Position numbers and translations under genes: made by a program. The notes beneath the pieces were generated by a model. The model saw nothing but the letters and a program-made list of their open reading frames with translations. It was not told the origin of the DNA and did no database searches. Below are positions 32,023 to 41,226 of a DNA stretch of 64,000 bases, piece by piece. The stretch's first letter is position 1; each line of letters begins with the position of its first letter. The stretch is from the NCBI GenBank assembly GCA_039028615.1, contig JBCCHT010000055.1:19945-83944 (forward strand), written 5' to 3'. The DNA is from Myxococcota bacterium (GTDB lineage: Bacteria > Myxococcota_A > Polyangia > Nannocystales > Nannocystaceae).

Positions 32023-33312
32023 ATGGTTGTGTCGCTCCGCTCGCGTTCACTCATCGGCACGCTGGTGCTCGGTGGAGCATGCGGTCCATCGGCGGCGCCG
32101 AGCGATGGTGGTGCCAGCGGTTCCACGACGGCAACCTCGGGGACCTCGAGCGGCGCGCTTTCGGCCGAGGCCTCCGGCACCACGGAGAGTGCCACCGACT
32201 GCCCCGAGTCCGATCTTCCCGAGCCGTTCTGCCACGTATTCTGGCCTCACGAGACACTGAGCATTCCCACGGCCCTGCTGTCGAACGTGCGTGACGGCGT
32301 GCGCCCGAGCGTCGTGTACGACCGGGACCAATCGAGATTGTTGCTGGTCAACCCGCTCGACCCAACCGAGGTATTCGTCGAAGGCCCGCCCACCGTCGAG
32401 CTCCCCCCGAGCTTCACCCCGACGGTCGGGGACATCGATGGGGATGGAGCGGAGGATCTCGCGTACTACGCCGGGAACGACCCGCAGGAAGTCGCGGTGT
32501 ACCACGGCGACAGTCTCGACTACTGGACCACGGTACCCGCTGGAACCGGGTTCGCACGGATGGTCGGGACCGTCGATGTGGACGGCGACGATGCGGCCGA
32601 ACTCCTCGTCGCCGAGATCGACGACGACGGCATGACCTTCAATGCGTTCGGCGCCGACGGGGCCGAACTGCAGCTCGAACAGTCCGCGCAGACCGGGGTC
32701 GGATGCATCGTCGGGGCCCCCGCGCAAGCGGACTTCAATGGGGACGGGCGCACCGATTTACTCTTCGCGTGGCCCGAAGGTTGCGAGCCGTATCTGGAGG
32801 CGTCCAACACTCCCCGACAGGTGACGACCGTGCTCGCGGCCAGCGAGCCCTCGCCCGAGATGGTCTTCAGCCATTCGCCGCAACCGGTGTGGGCTCGCGA
32901 CGTCGAGGTTGCGGATCTCGACGGCGACCGCGACGCCGAGCTGATCATCGTCGAGAGCATGGACGTCATCGTCGTCATGAACTGGCGCGATGGTGCCTTC
33001 GTCGAACAAGAGCGGCTGAGCGTCCCCGCTGGATATCACGACGTCACCCTCGACCAAGTCGTGGCGGGGAACTTCGCCAACCGAGGCCTCGGCAGCGGCG
33101 TGTTCGTGGCCCCTCTCCTTCCCGACCACGAGGATTTCGTGCCCGGGGAGGGCTCCTTTGGCGTCCTCTTCCGCGCCGATGTCTCACCGCAGTTCATGGA
33201 AGTCGCGTGGACCGGGGTGTTTTACGGCACCGATCTGAACGACGACGGAGCCGCCGACTTCTTTGCCCGGCGGGATGGCACGCCCGGAGTATTCGTTTCG
33301 ACGTCACAGTAG
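32023..33312 (+). CDS. FG-GAP/VCBS repeat lipoprotein
   Basis: Lipobox GGAC, S/T linker, GDIDGDG, DVDGDD, ADFNGDGRTDL, ADLDGD, DLNDDG; start approximate. Confidence 0.8.
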   Translation: MVVSLRSRSLIGTLVLGGACGPSAAPSDGGASGSTTATSGTSSGALSAEASGTTESATDCPESDLPEPFCHVFWPHETLSIPTALLSNVRDGVRPSVVYDRDQSRLLLVNPLDPTEVFVEGPPTVELPPSFTPTVGDIDGDGAEDLAYYAGNDPQEVAVYHGDSLDYWTTVPAGTGFARMVGTVDVDGDDAAELLVAEIDDDGMTFNAFGADGAELQLEQSAQTGVGCIVGAPAQADFNGDGRTDLLFAWPEGCEPYLEASNTPRQVTTVLAASEPSPEMVFSHSPQPVWARDVEVADLDGDRDAELIIVESMDVIVVMNWRDGAFVEQERLSVPAGYHDVTLDQVVAGNFANRGLGSGVFVAPLLPDHEDFVPGEGSFGVLFRADVSPQFMEVAWTGVFYGTDLNDDGAADFFARRDGTPGVFVSTSQ

Positions 33313-33329
33313 CCCGACCCACCGATAGA

Positions 33330-33353
33330 ACCCGATGTCGCTATCGGGTCTTT
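33330..33353 (+). terminator. Possible intrinsic terminator after the FG-GAP gene
   Basis: ACCCGAT-gtcgct-ATCGGGT hairpin followed by CTTT. Confidence 0.3.
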
Positions 33354-33437
33354 CGCCATTGCTTCGAGAACGACGAACCAATGACATCACGACGATTGTG
33401 CGCCCGCGTCCTTGCGCTCGTTCGAGAGGCAGAGATT

Positions 33438-35687
33438 CTAGCGGCAGCGGCCTTCGCCGATCTCGTAGGGCTGCGCGGCGAAGGGGCGAACCTGCTTGAG
33501 CATGAGCCTGCCCTCGGCCGTGATCTTGAACTCGAGGTCGAGCATGACCTTGGTGTCCTCGGGCGGCTCGGCATCGACGGGATAGACGTCGGCGATGTTC
33601 TGCAGCAGCGTGCCCAGCTCCAGCAGCTGGGCGTCGTCGAGCACGACCCCGCCTTCGGGCACCAGCGACGACTGCACGACCCGGTCGACCGAGACGGTGC
33701 CGTCCCCGACCCGTATGCGATTGAGCTCCGCCACCAAGCCCGGCGTGGAGCTGACCACGGGCACCTCGCCGCGCTGGACGTTGATGGTGTAGCGCGGGTC
33801 CTCGAGCTCGGTGGGGTTGCCGGTCAGGGCCACGCCGTTGGCAAGTTCATCGACGAAGCGTGGATTGGCCAGCATGCCCATACCCACCTGGCGGTGGTCG
33901 AGCTGGTAGTACTCGCGCTCCTCGTAGGCCCCGAAGCTCCAGAGGCTGGCCCATACCCGGGTGAGCGCCTCGGACATCGGCTTCGACCGGCGCCCCGCCT
34001 CGCAGGCCGACTCGGCGTCGGTGGGCGCATCGAGGGCACAGCCGGAGACCGACTGATAAAGGCCCGCCCCGTTGAAGCTCAGGCTGTCCTCGGCGTTCGA
34101 GGAGGAACGAAAGCGAACCATGGTGGTCGCATCGCCGAACTCGGCTTCGATCTGGGTTCGCAAGCTCTCGAGCAACGCGGGGTCGACCACGCCGTGGGTC
34201 TCGATCTCCTCGCGCAATGCGGTCAGCCACTGCTCGCGGCGCTCGGCGTCGGAGCGGAAGATGGCGTCGTCGAGCCAGCGCTCGAGCGTCGCGGCGTAGG
34301 TCAACCGCTCGACCCCGCCCTCGACCGGAACCTCCCACTCGTTGGCCTCCATGAAGGCAAAGTACGCGCCCATCGGCACGCCAAAGCCACGCACGACGTG
34401 CTCGGTGTCACCGACCGAGCGCAGCACGGCCAAGCCGGTCGCCTTGGCGCCGTAGCGGGAGACGGCCGCGGTACGCTCGGCCGCGGTGGCCACGGGGATG
34501 GCATCGAGCGAAGTGGGCTCGGTGCCGTCGCGATCGGGGGGAGCATTGAGCTCAGCGCGCGGGCGTTGCTGCGCCCAGTGAGCCTCGGCCTCCTCGACCG
34601 TCGCCTCGCGCACGGAGTACTCGGTGGGCAAGACCTCGAGGCGAACGAGCTGCCCCTCGAAGGGCTCGAACACGTCGAGGGCATTGGCGACGTGCACGTT
34701 GGGCGTGCCCCGCAGGGCCGACAGCACGTTGAGGTGAGTGAGGATGTCCTGGCGCGCCCCGGTGACCGCCGCCGCCATCACTCCTTCGAGAGTCACGGGC
34801 GGCTCGTCGACGACCACGATGTCCTGCCAGCCGAAGGGGCCGATGCGTCCGTCGACCAGGTCGTCGTCGGTGAAGCGGCGCACCCGACCAAAGGCCAGCC
34901 CGGGCGTATAGGCTTCGTACTGCGGGCCGGGAGCCTCGGCGACGATGGTCACCGGGAAGGGCGGGTCGTCCCAGGTCTCGGCCTGCTCGACGTGCAGCGG
35001 CGAGTCGGGGTGGTAGCTGAGTTCGCCCGCCCCGAAGCGGTCTTGGAGCTGACGATAGACGCCGTAGATCTGCTCCTGGCTCAGCCACTCGTCCTCGTCG
35101 CCGAGGATCTCGACGGTGAAGATGAAGCGCTCGCCTTGCGGCCCGGGCACGCTCAGCTCGGAGATGGTGCCGCCGTAGTACTCGCGGGTCTCACGGGCCA
35201 GGATGAGCGCCTGGTAGTCCTCGTAGGTGACGCCGGGGAACAACGGCTCGAACGCCTCGGCGAGCACGCAGAAGTGCGTGCGGTACCAGTTGGTGTCGGC
35301 GATGAGGATGGGCAAGCGCGGGTCGGGCACCGCGGGCACGAAGTACTTGGCCCCGCGGCTGAACGAGGCGTGGTTGCCGTGGCCGATGGAGAGCCGTCGC
35401 CACGTGTCTTCGTCGGGGAGGTCGTGGGTGCAGGCGGAATGTCCCACTCGCTGCTCCGCCTGCGCACATACGTCGGGATGCGGCTCGCACCCCGCGACCG
35501 GGTCGCCCCAGGTGCCGGGATCGCAATAACAACGATCGATCACCGGATCGCAGGTCGCATGCTCCCCGCAGGTCTGCGCGCATTCGTCCGCGGCAGCGTC
35601 GTCGCCTGTCTCCGTGCGACAGCCCGCGGCCCATACCAGCGCCGCACCGGCCAACCACGGCACGACCATGTTCCACCCATAAGCCAA
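33438..35687 (-). CDS. Lipoprotein with EGF-like domain and PEP/pyruvate-binding (PPDK_N, ATP-grasp) domain
   Basis: Lipobox AAGC, EGF-like Cys cluster, HLNVLS..RGTPN, YGAKATGL, RFRSSSNAED...FNGAGLY, VWASLW, NGVALT, DLEFK...KQVRP. Confidence 0.85.
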   Translation of the reverse strand: MAYGWNMVVPWLAGAALVWAAGCRTETGDDAAADECAQTCGEHATCDPVIDRCYCDPGTWGDPVAGCEPHPDVCAQAEQRVGHSACTHDLPDEDTWRRLSIGHGNHASFSRGAKYFVPAVPDPRLPILIADTNWYRTHFCVLAEAFEPLFPGVTYEDYQALILARETREYYGGTISELSVPGPQGERFIFTVEILGDEDEWLSQEQIYGVYRQLQDRFGAGELSYHPDSPLHVEQAETWDDPPFPVTIVAEAPGPQYEAYTPGLAFGRVRRFTDDDLVDGRIGPFGWQDIVVVDEPPVTLEGVMAAAVTGARQDILTHLNVLSALRGTPNVHVANALDVFEPFEGQLVRLEVLPTEYSVREATVEEAEAHWAQQRPRAELNAPPDRDGTEPTSLDAIPVATAAERTAAVSRYGAKATGLAVLRSVGDTEHVVRGFGVPMGAYFAFMEANEWEVPVEGGVERLTYAATLERWLDDAIFRSDAERREQWLTALREEIETHGVVDPALLESLRTQIEAEFGDATTMVRFRSSSNAEDSLSFNGAGLYQSVSGCALDAPTDAESACEAGRRSKPMSEALTRVWASLWSFGAYEEREYYQLDHRQVGMGMLANPRFVDELANGVALTGNPTELEDPRYTINVQRGEVPVVSSTPGLVAELNRIRVGDGTVSVDRVVQSSLVPEGGVVLDDAQLLELGTLLQNIADVYPVDAEPPEDTKVMLDLEFKITAEGRLMLKQVRPFAAQPYEIGEGRCR

Positions 35688-35839
35688 GGACTTCAGTATA
35701 GCCGGTCCTCGGCGTTTGCCAGGTTCGACCCTCGCGACGTCGACCCCCTGACACCAAAGTCATACCGCGGCCTCTACGCGAAGCATGACGTCTCGGGCCG
35801 AGGTTTGGACACTCGTCGACCCGGTGTTAGGTTCAACGC

Positions 35840-36232
35840 ATGACCATGATTTCTAGACTGACCTTGGCGTGCATCCTCGGCATGTGTGCCGTGCCCAGCT
35901 TGGCCCACGCCACGACCGGCGCCGGAACGGCAGGACCGGGCGGCGACACGGGGCCAGGCAACGGCGAGACCAGCGAGCCCAGTGACGAGAGCACGGGCGA
36001 CACTGGGGGCGACAGCGGTACGGCGGGCGACGGCACGGCCGGCATTCCGGGCTCGACGAGCTTCGGTGGCGAAGAATCGGGCAGCACTTCGGGTGCAACC
36101 ACGGCCGGCGACGACGGTGGCAGCGACGACGGAAGCGACGACGGTGGCTGCTCCATTGGTTCCCGCGACGCGGCGCCCGGCGTGATGGCGCTCGGCCTGC
36201 TCGGCTTGTTCGCGATGCGTCGCCGTCGCTGA
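35840..36232 (+). CDS. Small MYXO-CTERM surface protein
   Basis: Signal peptide, G/S/T/D-rich body, GGCSIG...TM...RRRR sorting signal. Confidence 0.85.
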   Translation: MTMISRLTLACILGMCAVPSLAHATTGAGTAGPGGDTGPGNGETSEPSDESTGDTGGDSGTAGDGTAGIPGSTSFGGEESGSTSGATTAGDDGGSDDGSDDGGCSIGSRDAAPGVMALGLLGLFAMRRRR

Positions 36233-36255
36233 TTCGATGCCCTCCCCCAACGAAA

Positions 36256-36291
36256 GGCCCCGCCCTCGACCAATGGTCGAGACGCGGGGCC
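36256..36291. terminator. Hairpin between convergent genes, probable terminator
   Basis: GGCCCCGC..CTCGACC-aat-GGTCGAG..GCGGGGCC stem flanked by A/T runs. Confidence 0.6.
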
Positions 36292-36324
36292 AAAACTTTT
36301 GGTCGGGAGCGAACGAGCGTGGGC

Positions 36325-36636
36325 TCAGGCGGCAGCCGGCAGCGCGCGCTTGTTGAGACCCGACTGCACCACGGCCATCCCGATGGGACCGAGGAACGCG
36401 ATGAGGATGAAGGCCAAGGCCCCGCCGGTCTCGCCTCCGGTCGCCGTCTCGACACCCGAGGACCACTTCCACAGCCACAGCAGGTTGAGGATCGGAATGA
36501 TCAGCATCCACGCGGTGGGGATCTGGGCGCCCACGGAGTTCATCTCGGTCTTGGTCGAGACCAGCCAGATGAGGGGATAGATCCCCAAGGTGAACATTCC
36601 CAGGAGTAGAACGACGACGGGCGAGCGGGCGGTCAT
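36325..36636 (-). CDS. Small membrane protein (DUF4234-like)
   Basis: RSPVVVLLLGMFTLGIYPLIW...EMN...Q..LN. Confidence 0.7.
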   Translation of the reverse strand: MTARSPVVVLLLGMFTLGIYPLIWLVSTKTEMNSVGAQIPTAWMLIIPILNLLWLWKWSSGVETATGGETGGALAFILIAFLGPIGMAVVQSGLNKRALPAAA

Positions 36637-36770
36637 GGTGGTTTTCCTTGCATCCCGATAGACGGAAGACCGAGCCGGCCGTCGCACGTTCGTGGCAAAG
36701 AAAACGCATCAATTGACCATGGCCGCTCCGCGGGCCGCTGCCTAGCTTGTTCGCGGAGGTCGTGCGACCG

Positions 36771-37781
36771 ATGGTGGAAGTCTCGGCGTGGGCTGCAATG
36801 GCGGCCGGAGCATCGCTTCAGCGGCACCGAGTGACCCTCCCTTCGTTGGGGGATTCACAGGTCGAGGTCGAGGTCACCCACTGTGGGATCTGCCGCAGCG
36901 ACGTGCACCTGGTCGACGATGACTGGGGCTCGAGCCAATACCCGGTCATCCCCGGACACGAGATCGTCGGGGTCGTGCGGGACCATGGCGAGCGGGTCAT
37001 GGGCCTTGCCCCCGGCACTCGGGTCGGCGTGGGCTGGCAATCGGACTCCTGTCAGGTTTGCCCCTCGTGCATCGAAGGGCACGACAACCTGTGCCGACGA
37101 CAGCAGCGAACCTGCGTCGGTCGTAGCGGAGGGTTCGCCCGACGGGTCCGTGTGGACGGCCGCTTCGTCTACCCGCTCCCCGAGGCGCTCCCGAGTGAAG
37201 AAGCCGCGCCATTGCTCTGCGCGGGCGCGACCGTGTTCGCGCCCCTGCGGCGCTTCGGCATCAGCCCGGGCGCACGCGTCGGTGTGATCGGACTGGGGGG
37301 CTTGGGTCACCTCGCGGTGCAGTTCGCCCGGCAGTTCGGAGCCGAGGTCACCGTGTTCACCAGCGACCCGGACAAGGGAGCGCTGGCCAAGGAGCTGGGG
37401 GCCAGCCGCGTGGTCGCATCGGCCGATCGAGACGCACTCAAAGGCGAACGCAACCGCCACGACCTGATCGTCTCCACGGTGCACGTCGAGCTGCCGTGGT
37501 CGAGGTACGTGGGCGCGCTGGCGCCTCGAGGCACGCTGTGCCTGCTGGGCATGCCGCCCAAGCCGATCTCCGTTCACGCCGGGCTCCTGGTCGAAGGGCA
37601 GCGCAACCTGACGGGCAGCGTGGTGGCGTCGCGCTCGATGATCCGCCAGATGCTCGCGGTCGCAGCGGAGCGCCGCGTTCGACCGATGGTGGAGACCATG
37701 GCCATGGAAGACGCGGAGCGGGGGCTCCAACGCGTTCGTGATGGCCAGGCTCGCTTCCGGGTGGTGCTGGCGGCCTCATGA
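36771..37781 (+). CDS. Zn-dependent NAD(P)H alcohol dehydrogenase / aldehyde reductase (CAD/Ahr family)
   Basis: CGICRSD, PGHE, CxxCxxC-x7-C, PLLCAG, GLGGLGH. Confidence 0.92.
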   Translation: MVEVSAWAAMAAGASLQRHRVTLPSLGDSQVEVEVTHCGICRSDVHLVDDDWGSSQYPVIPGHEIVGVVRDHGERVMGLAPGTRVGVGWQSDSCQVCPSCIEGHDNLCRRQQRTCVGRSGGFARRVRVDGRFVYPLPEALPSEEAAPLLCAGATVFAPLRRFGISPGARVGVIGLGGLGHLAVQFARQFGAEVTVFTSDPDKGALAKELGASRVVASADRDALKGERNRHDLIVSTVHVELPWSRYVGALAPRGTLCLLGMPPKPISVHAGLLVEGQRNLTGSVVASRSMIRQMLAVAAERRVRPMVETMAMEDAERGLQRVRDGQARFRVVLAAS

Positions 37782-38755
37782 TGTTGGGCACCCACATCCT
37801 GGGCTCGGGCAGCGTGCTTCCGGGGCGACTGGTGCCCACGTCAGAGGTCTGCGCTAAGGCCTATCCCCACCGCACGCCGCAGCAGCTCGAGGAGCGCACG
37901 GGGATCGCCAGCCGCTGGTGGGCGCATCCGGGCACGACGCGGGCCGAGGTCTCCGCCCAGGCGCTGGACAAGGCCCTGGCCCAGGCGAAGCTGCCCGCGG
38001 GGAAGCTCGAGCGCATCATCTACGTGGACTCGACGGGCGGCGACCGTCGACTGCCCGCCACGAGCAACGCGGTGGCCGAGGCCCTGGGCCTCGAGGGTAG
38101 CTGCGACTGCATCGACCTCAACAACGCCTGCGTCGGCTTCCTCTCCGCGATGGACTGGGCGGCCCGCTGCACCGCGACCGGCCTCGGCCCCGTGGCGGTC
38201 GTGACCACCGAGCTGTGGTCGCACGTCATCGATCCCTCCGAGCGTCGCACCTATGCCGTGTTCGGAGACGCCTCGGTCGCCACCATCTTCGGGCCCGCCC
38301 GCGGCAACTCGGGAGTCGTCGCCAGCTGGCTGCGCAACGACGGTCGCCTGCAGGGCAGCGTCAGCTGCCGCCACGCGGGGAGCACCTGCGTCCCGGAGTT
38401 CGTCCGCTTCCAGGTCAGCGGCTCGCAGATCGGCGAAGAAGCCACCGACGCCATCGTTCGCAGCATGCACGAGGTGCTCGACCGCGCCGCGATCACCTTC
38501 GACGAGGTGCGCTGGGTCCTGCCGCATCAACCCAACGGCCGCATGCTCACCACCATCCTCGAGCGCATCGGCCTCGACCCCTCTCGCACGCTCCCCTTGG
38601 TCCGCGAGGTGGGCAGCGTGGGCGCAGCCTCGGTGCCGCTGGCCCTCGATCGCCTCATCGAGCGCGGCGACCTGAACGCGGGCGACCTCGTGCTGCTCTC
38701 CGCGGTGGGAGCCGGGATCGGCTTCGGCTCCATCCTCTACCGGGCGGGCGAGTGA
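37778..38755 (+). CDS. 3-oxoacyl-ACP synthase III (FabH-like)
   Basis: RTGI..R, NNACVGF, FGDA, PHQPN, GSVGAASVP. Confidence 0.88.
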   Translation: MMLGTHILGSGSVLPGRLVPTSEVCAKAYPHRTPQQLEERTGIASRWWAHPGTTRAEVSAQALDKALAQAKLPAGKLERIIYVDSTGGDRRLPATSNAVAEALGLEGSCDCIDLNNACVGFLSAMDWAARCTATGLGPVAVVTTELWSHVIDPSERRTYAVFGDASVATIFGPARGNSGVVASWLRNDGRLQGSVSCRHAGSTCVPEFVRFQVSGSQIGEEATDAIVRSMHEVLDRAAITFDEVRWVLPHQPNGRMLTTILERIGLDPSRTLPLVREVGSVGAASVPLALDRLIERGDLNAGDLVLLSAVGAGIGFGSILYRAGE

Positions 38756-39543
38756 TGCCGACGTCCTCGCTGGCCATGGCGCACTGGCTCGCGACCATGA
38801 AGCGGTGGCGTCGGTACTTTCGCTATCGAGTCGAGGGCTTCGAGCACCTGGCCAGCCACGACTGCCACGTGGTGGTCGGCTACCACGGCCGTCCCCTCGC
38901 CTACGACCTGTTCATGCTCGGCGCGCACGTGCACGACGAACTCGGCTACCTGCCGGTCGCGCTCGTGCACCGCGGGTTCCTGCGCAATGCGTACCTGCGC
39001 TGGCTGACCGAGGGGCTCGAGTGGGCGACCGGCCGCGGGCCACAGCTCGAAGACGCCGTCGCCCGCGGCCGCCACATCATCATCGCGCCGGGGGGCGACC
39101 GCGAGGGGCTGAGGCCAGGATGGGTGCGCTACCGCGTCGACTGGGGCGACCACCTCGGCTACCTGCGCTTCGCCATCTCGCGGCGCCTGCCCATCGTGCC
39201 GGTCGCCGCCAGCGGGGTCGACGATGCCTACTTCGGGCTCGTCGACGGCCATCGCCTGGCCGGCAAGTCGTGGCTGCGGCAAGCCCTGCCGCCGTGGATC
39301 GGGGTGGGCCCGCTCGGCCCCTGGCCCTTGTCGCCGCCCTTCCCCGCCAAAGTCCACCAAGTCATCGGTTCCCCCATCACTCCCACGGAGTACGGCGAGC
39401 TGTCACGGGACGACCGCGACGGTCTGCTCGCCCTGCACCGTGACGTGCAGTCCCGAGTCCAGCGTCTACTCGACCGGGCTCGGTCCGCGACCTCTTCTTC
39501 CAGCAAGCGAGCATCCCATGCCAAGCACTCCTTCCATCGATGA
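38755..39543 (+). CDS. PlsC/DGAT2-like lipid acyltransferase
   Basis: YRVEGFEHL, GYHG..LAYD, IAPGGDREG, YRVDW...GYLRFA...PIVPV. Confidence 0.8.
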   Translation: MPTSSLAMAHWLATMKRWRRYFRYRVEGFEHLASHDCHVVVGYHGRPLAYDLFMLGAHVHDELGYLPVALVHRGFLRNAYLRWLTEGLEWATGRGPQLEDAVARGRHIIIAPGGDREGLRPGWVRYRVDWGDHLGYLRFAISRRLPIVPVAASGVDDAYFGLVDGHRLAGKSWLRQALPPWIGVGPLGPWPLSPPFPAKVHQVIGSPITPTEYGELSRDDRDGLLALHRDVQSRVQRLLDRARSATSSSSKRASHAKHSFHR

Positions 39544-40381
39544 ACGGTGGGTCCTCATTCTCGGCGGGACCTTCGGCGCGGGCGCAGCCATTGCCGGCGC
39601 CTTGGCCCGAGATCCGGGCCTGAACGTCCTGGCCTTCCACCGCGGCAACCATCCCGAGGGCGCGGACGAAGTACGGCAAGCGGTGGAGGCCGCCGGGCGC
39701 CGCGTGATCTTCATCGAAGCCGACGCCGGGCGACCGCCCGTGATCGAAGAGCTCTCCGACCGGGTGCTGGAGGCGATCGGCACGGGGAAGATTCACATGT
39801 TCGTGCACTCGATCGCCGACGCCTCGGTGGGGCAGCTGTGCACGGGCGAGCGCTGGCTGCACCCCAAGCAGTTCCTCAAGACCTTCGACAGCATGGCGCA
39901 CTCGTTCGTCTACTGGACGCAGCAGATGCTCCGCAAAGACCTGCTGACCCCGGGAGCACGCCTGCTCGCCCTGGACAACGCGATCAACGAGTCGCTGCTG
40001 GTCAACCTGCCCGTCATCGCGGCCGCCAAGGCCTCACTCGAGGTCTACGTCCGGCACCTCGCGCTCGAGCTGGGGCCGCAGGGCTACCGCGTCAACGCGC
40101 TCAAGTTCGGTACCGTGGAGACGGCCGCCCTCAAGTGGATCTTCCCCGCCGAGGTCTGGGAAGAGGTCAAGGCGGTGCACCATCGGATGCACCCGGCGGG
40201 GCGGATGATCACGTTGCCGGAGGTCGCTCGCTTCGTCTCGGTGCTCGCCTCGGAGCCCGGCGCCTGGTTCAACAGCGCCATCATCGATTTCACGGGCGGC
40301 CAGATGCACGGCGTGTATCAGCACCTGATGGACTACGTCATCGACCGCACGCAGACGCCGCTGCCATGCGACGCGGAGTAG
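39518..40381 (+). CDS. FabL/FabI-like SDR (enoyl reductase-like)
   Basis: ILGGTFGAG, FVHSIA, AAAKASLEVYVRHLALELG, RVNAL.FG.VET.AL. Confidence 0.82.
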   Translation: MPSTPSIDERWVLILGGTFGAGAAIAGALARDPGLNVLAFHRGNHPEGADEVRQAVEAAGRRVIFIEADAGRPPVIEELSDRVLEAIGTGKIHMFVHSIADASVGQLCTGERWLHPKQFLKTFDSMAHSFVYWTQQMLRKDLLTPGARLLALDNAINESLLVNLPVIAAAKASLEVYVRHLALELGPQGYRVNALKFGTVETAALKWIFPAEVWEEVKAVHHRMHPAGRMITLPEVARFVSVLASEPGAWFNSAIIDFTGGQMHGVYQHLMDYVIDRTQTPLPCDAE

Positions 40382-41226
40382 CCCTGGTCACGGGCGCGTC
40401 TCGGGGCCTCGGCCTCGCGACCGCCGTGGCCTTGGTGCGCCGTGGTTTTCGAGTCTTGGCCACCATGCGGAACCCCGCCCGGGCCGAAGCGCTGCGCGAG
40501 GCGGTAGCGCGCCATCACTTCGACCCCGACGATCGGAGGTCGTTGCAGGTCCTCCGCCTCGATGTCGACGACGCCGAAGCCACGGCCGAGTTCAGCGAGC
40601 GAATGCTCGTCGAGCACGGGGCGGTGGACGTGCTGGTGAACAACGCGGGCATCATGGCCGAAGGCTTCGCCGAGGAGTTCGACGAGGCGGAGCTGCGTCG
40701 ACTCTTCGAGACCAACTTCTTCGCCGCCACTCGCCTCACCCGCGCCTTCGTCCCGGCCATGCGTGAGCGGCGACGCGGCTGGGTCATCAACGTGTCGAGC
40801 ATCGGGGGGCGCTTCGCCGTGCCGAGCCATGCGGGCTACCACGCCTCGAAGTTCGCCCTCGAGGGCTGGTCCGAGGCCCTCCGCTACGAGCTGCGCCCGT
40901 TCAACGTGTTCGTGACGCTGGTCGAGCCCGGGGTCTTCGATACCGAGATCTTCGGCACCTCGCTGCGTCGGGTGGGAGACGGCGCGAACGGTCGCGGCCC
41001 CTATGCTCGACTCGCGCAGCAGCTCCGTACCGCTTCCGATCGTGTGCGACGACGCTGGGCGGGCGTACCGAGCGAGGTGGGCGAACGCATCGCGAGCATC
41101 GCGGTCACGCCCAAGCCGCGACTGCGGTATCCCGTGGGGCTCGACGCGTGGGCGAGTCATGCCGCGGGCTCGGGAATGGTCACTCGGCTGTGGGAGCGCA
41201 CGGTCTCGCAATGGTCGAAGGGATGA
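40366..41226 (+). CDS. Classical SDR oxidoreductase (17beta-HSD-like)
   Basis: TGASRGLG, NNAG, SSIGG, YHASK, VEPG, PRLRY.VG. Confidence 0.9.
   Translation: MRRGVALVTGASRGLGLATAVALVRRGFRVLATMRNPARAEALREAVARHHFDPDDRRSLQVLRLDVDDAEATAEFSERMLVEHGAVDVLVNNAGIMAEGFAEEFDEAELRRLFETNFFAATRLTRAFVPAMRERRRGWVINVSSIGGRFAVPSHAGYHASKFALEGWSEALRYELRPFNVFVTLVEPGVFDTEIFGTSLRRVGDGANGRGPYARLAQQLRTASDRVRRRWAGVPSEVGERIASIAVTPKPRLRYPVGLDAWASHAAGSGMVTRLWERTVSQWSKG

Noticed and set aside
32703..35843. 1046-aa plus-strand ORF
   Set aside because: Antisense shadow of the PPDK_N gene and off-frame to the FG-GAP gene; no motifs, typical high-GC artefact.
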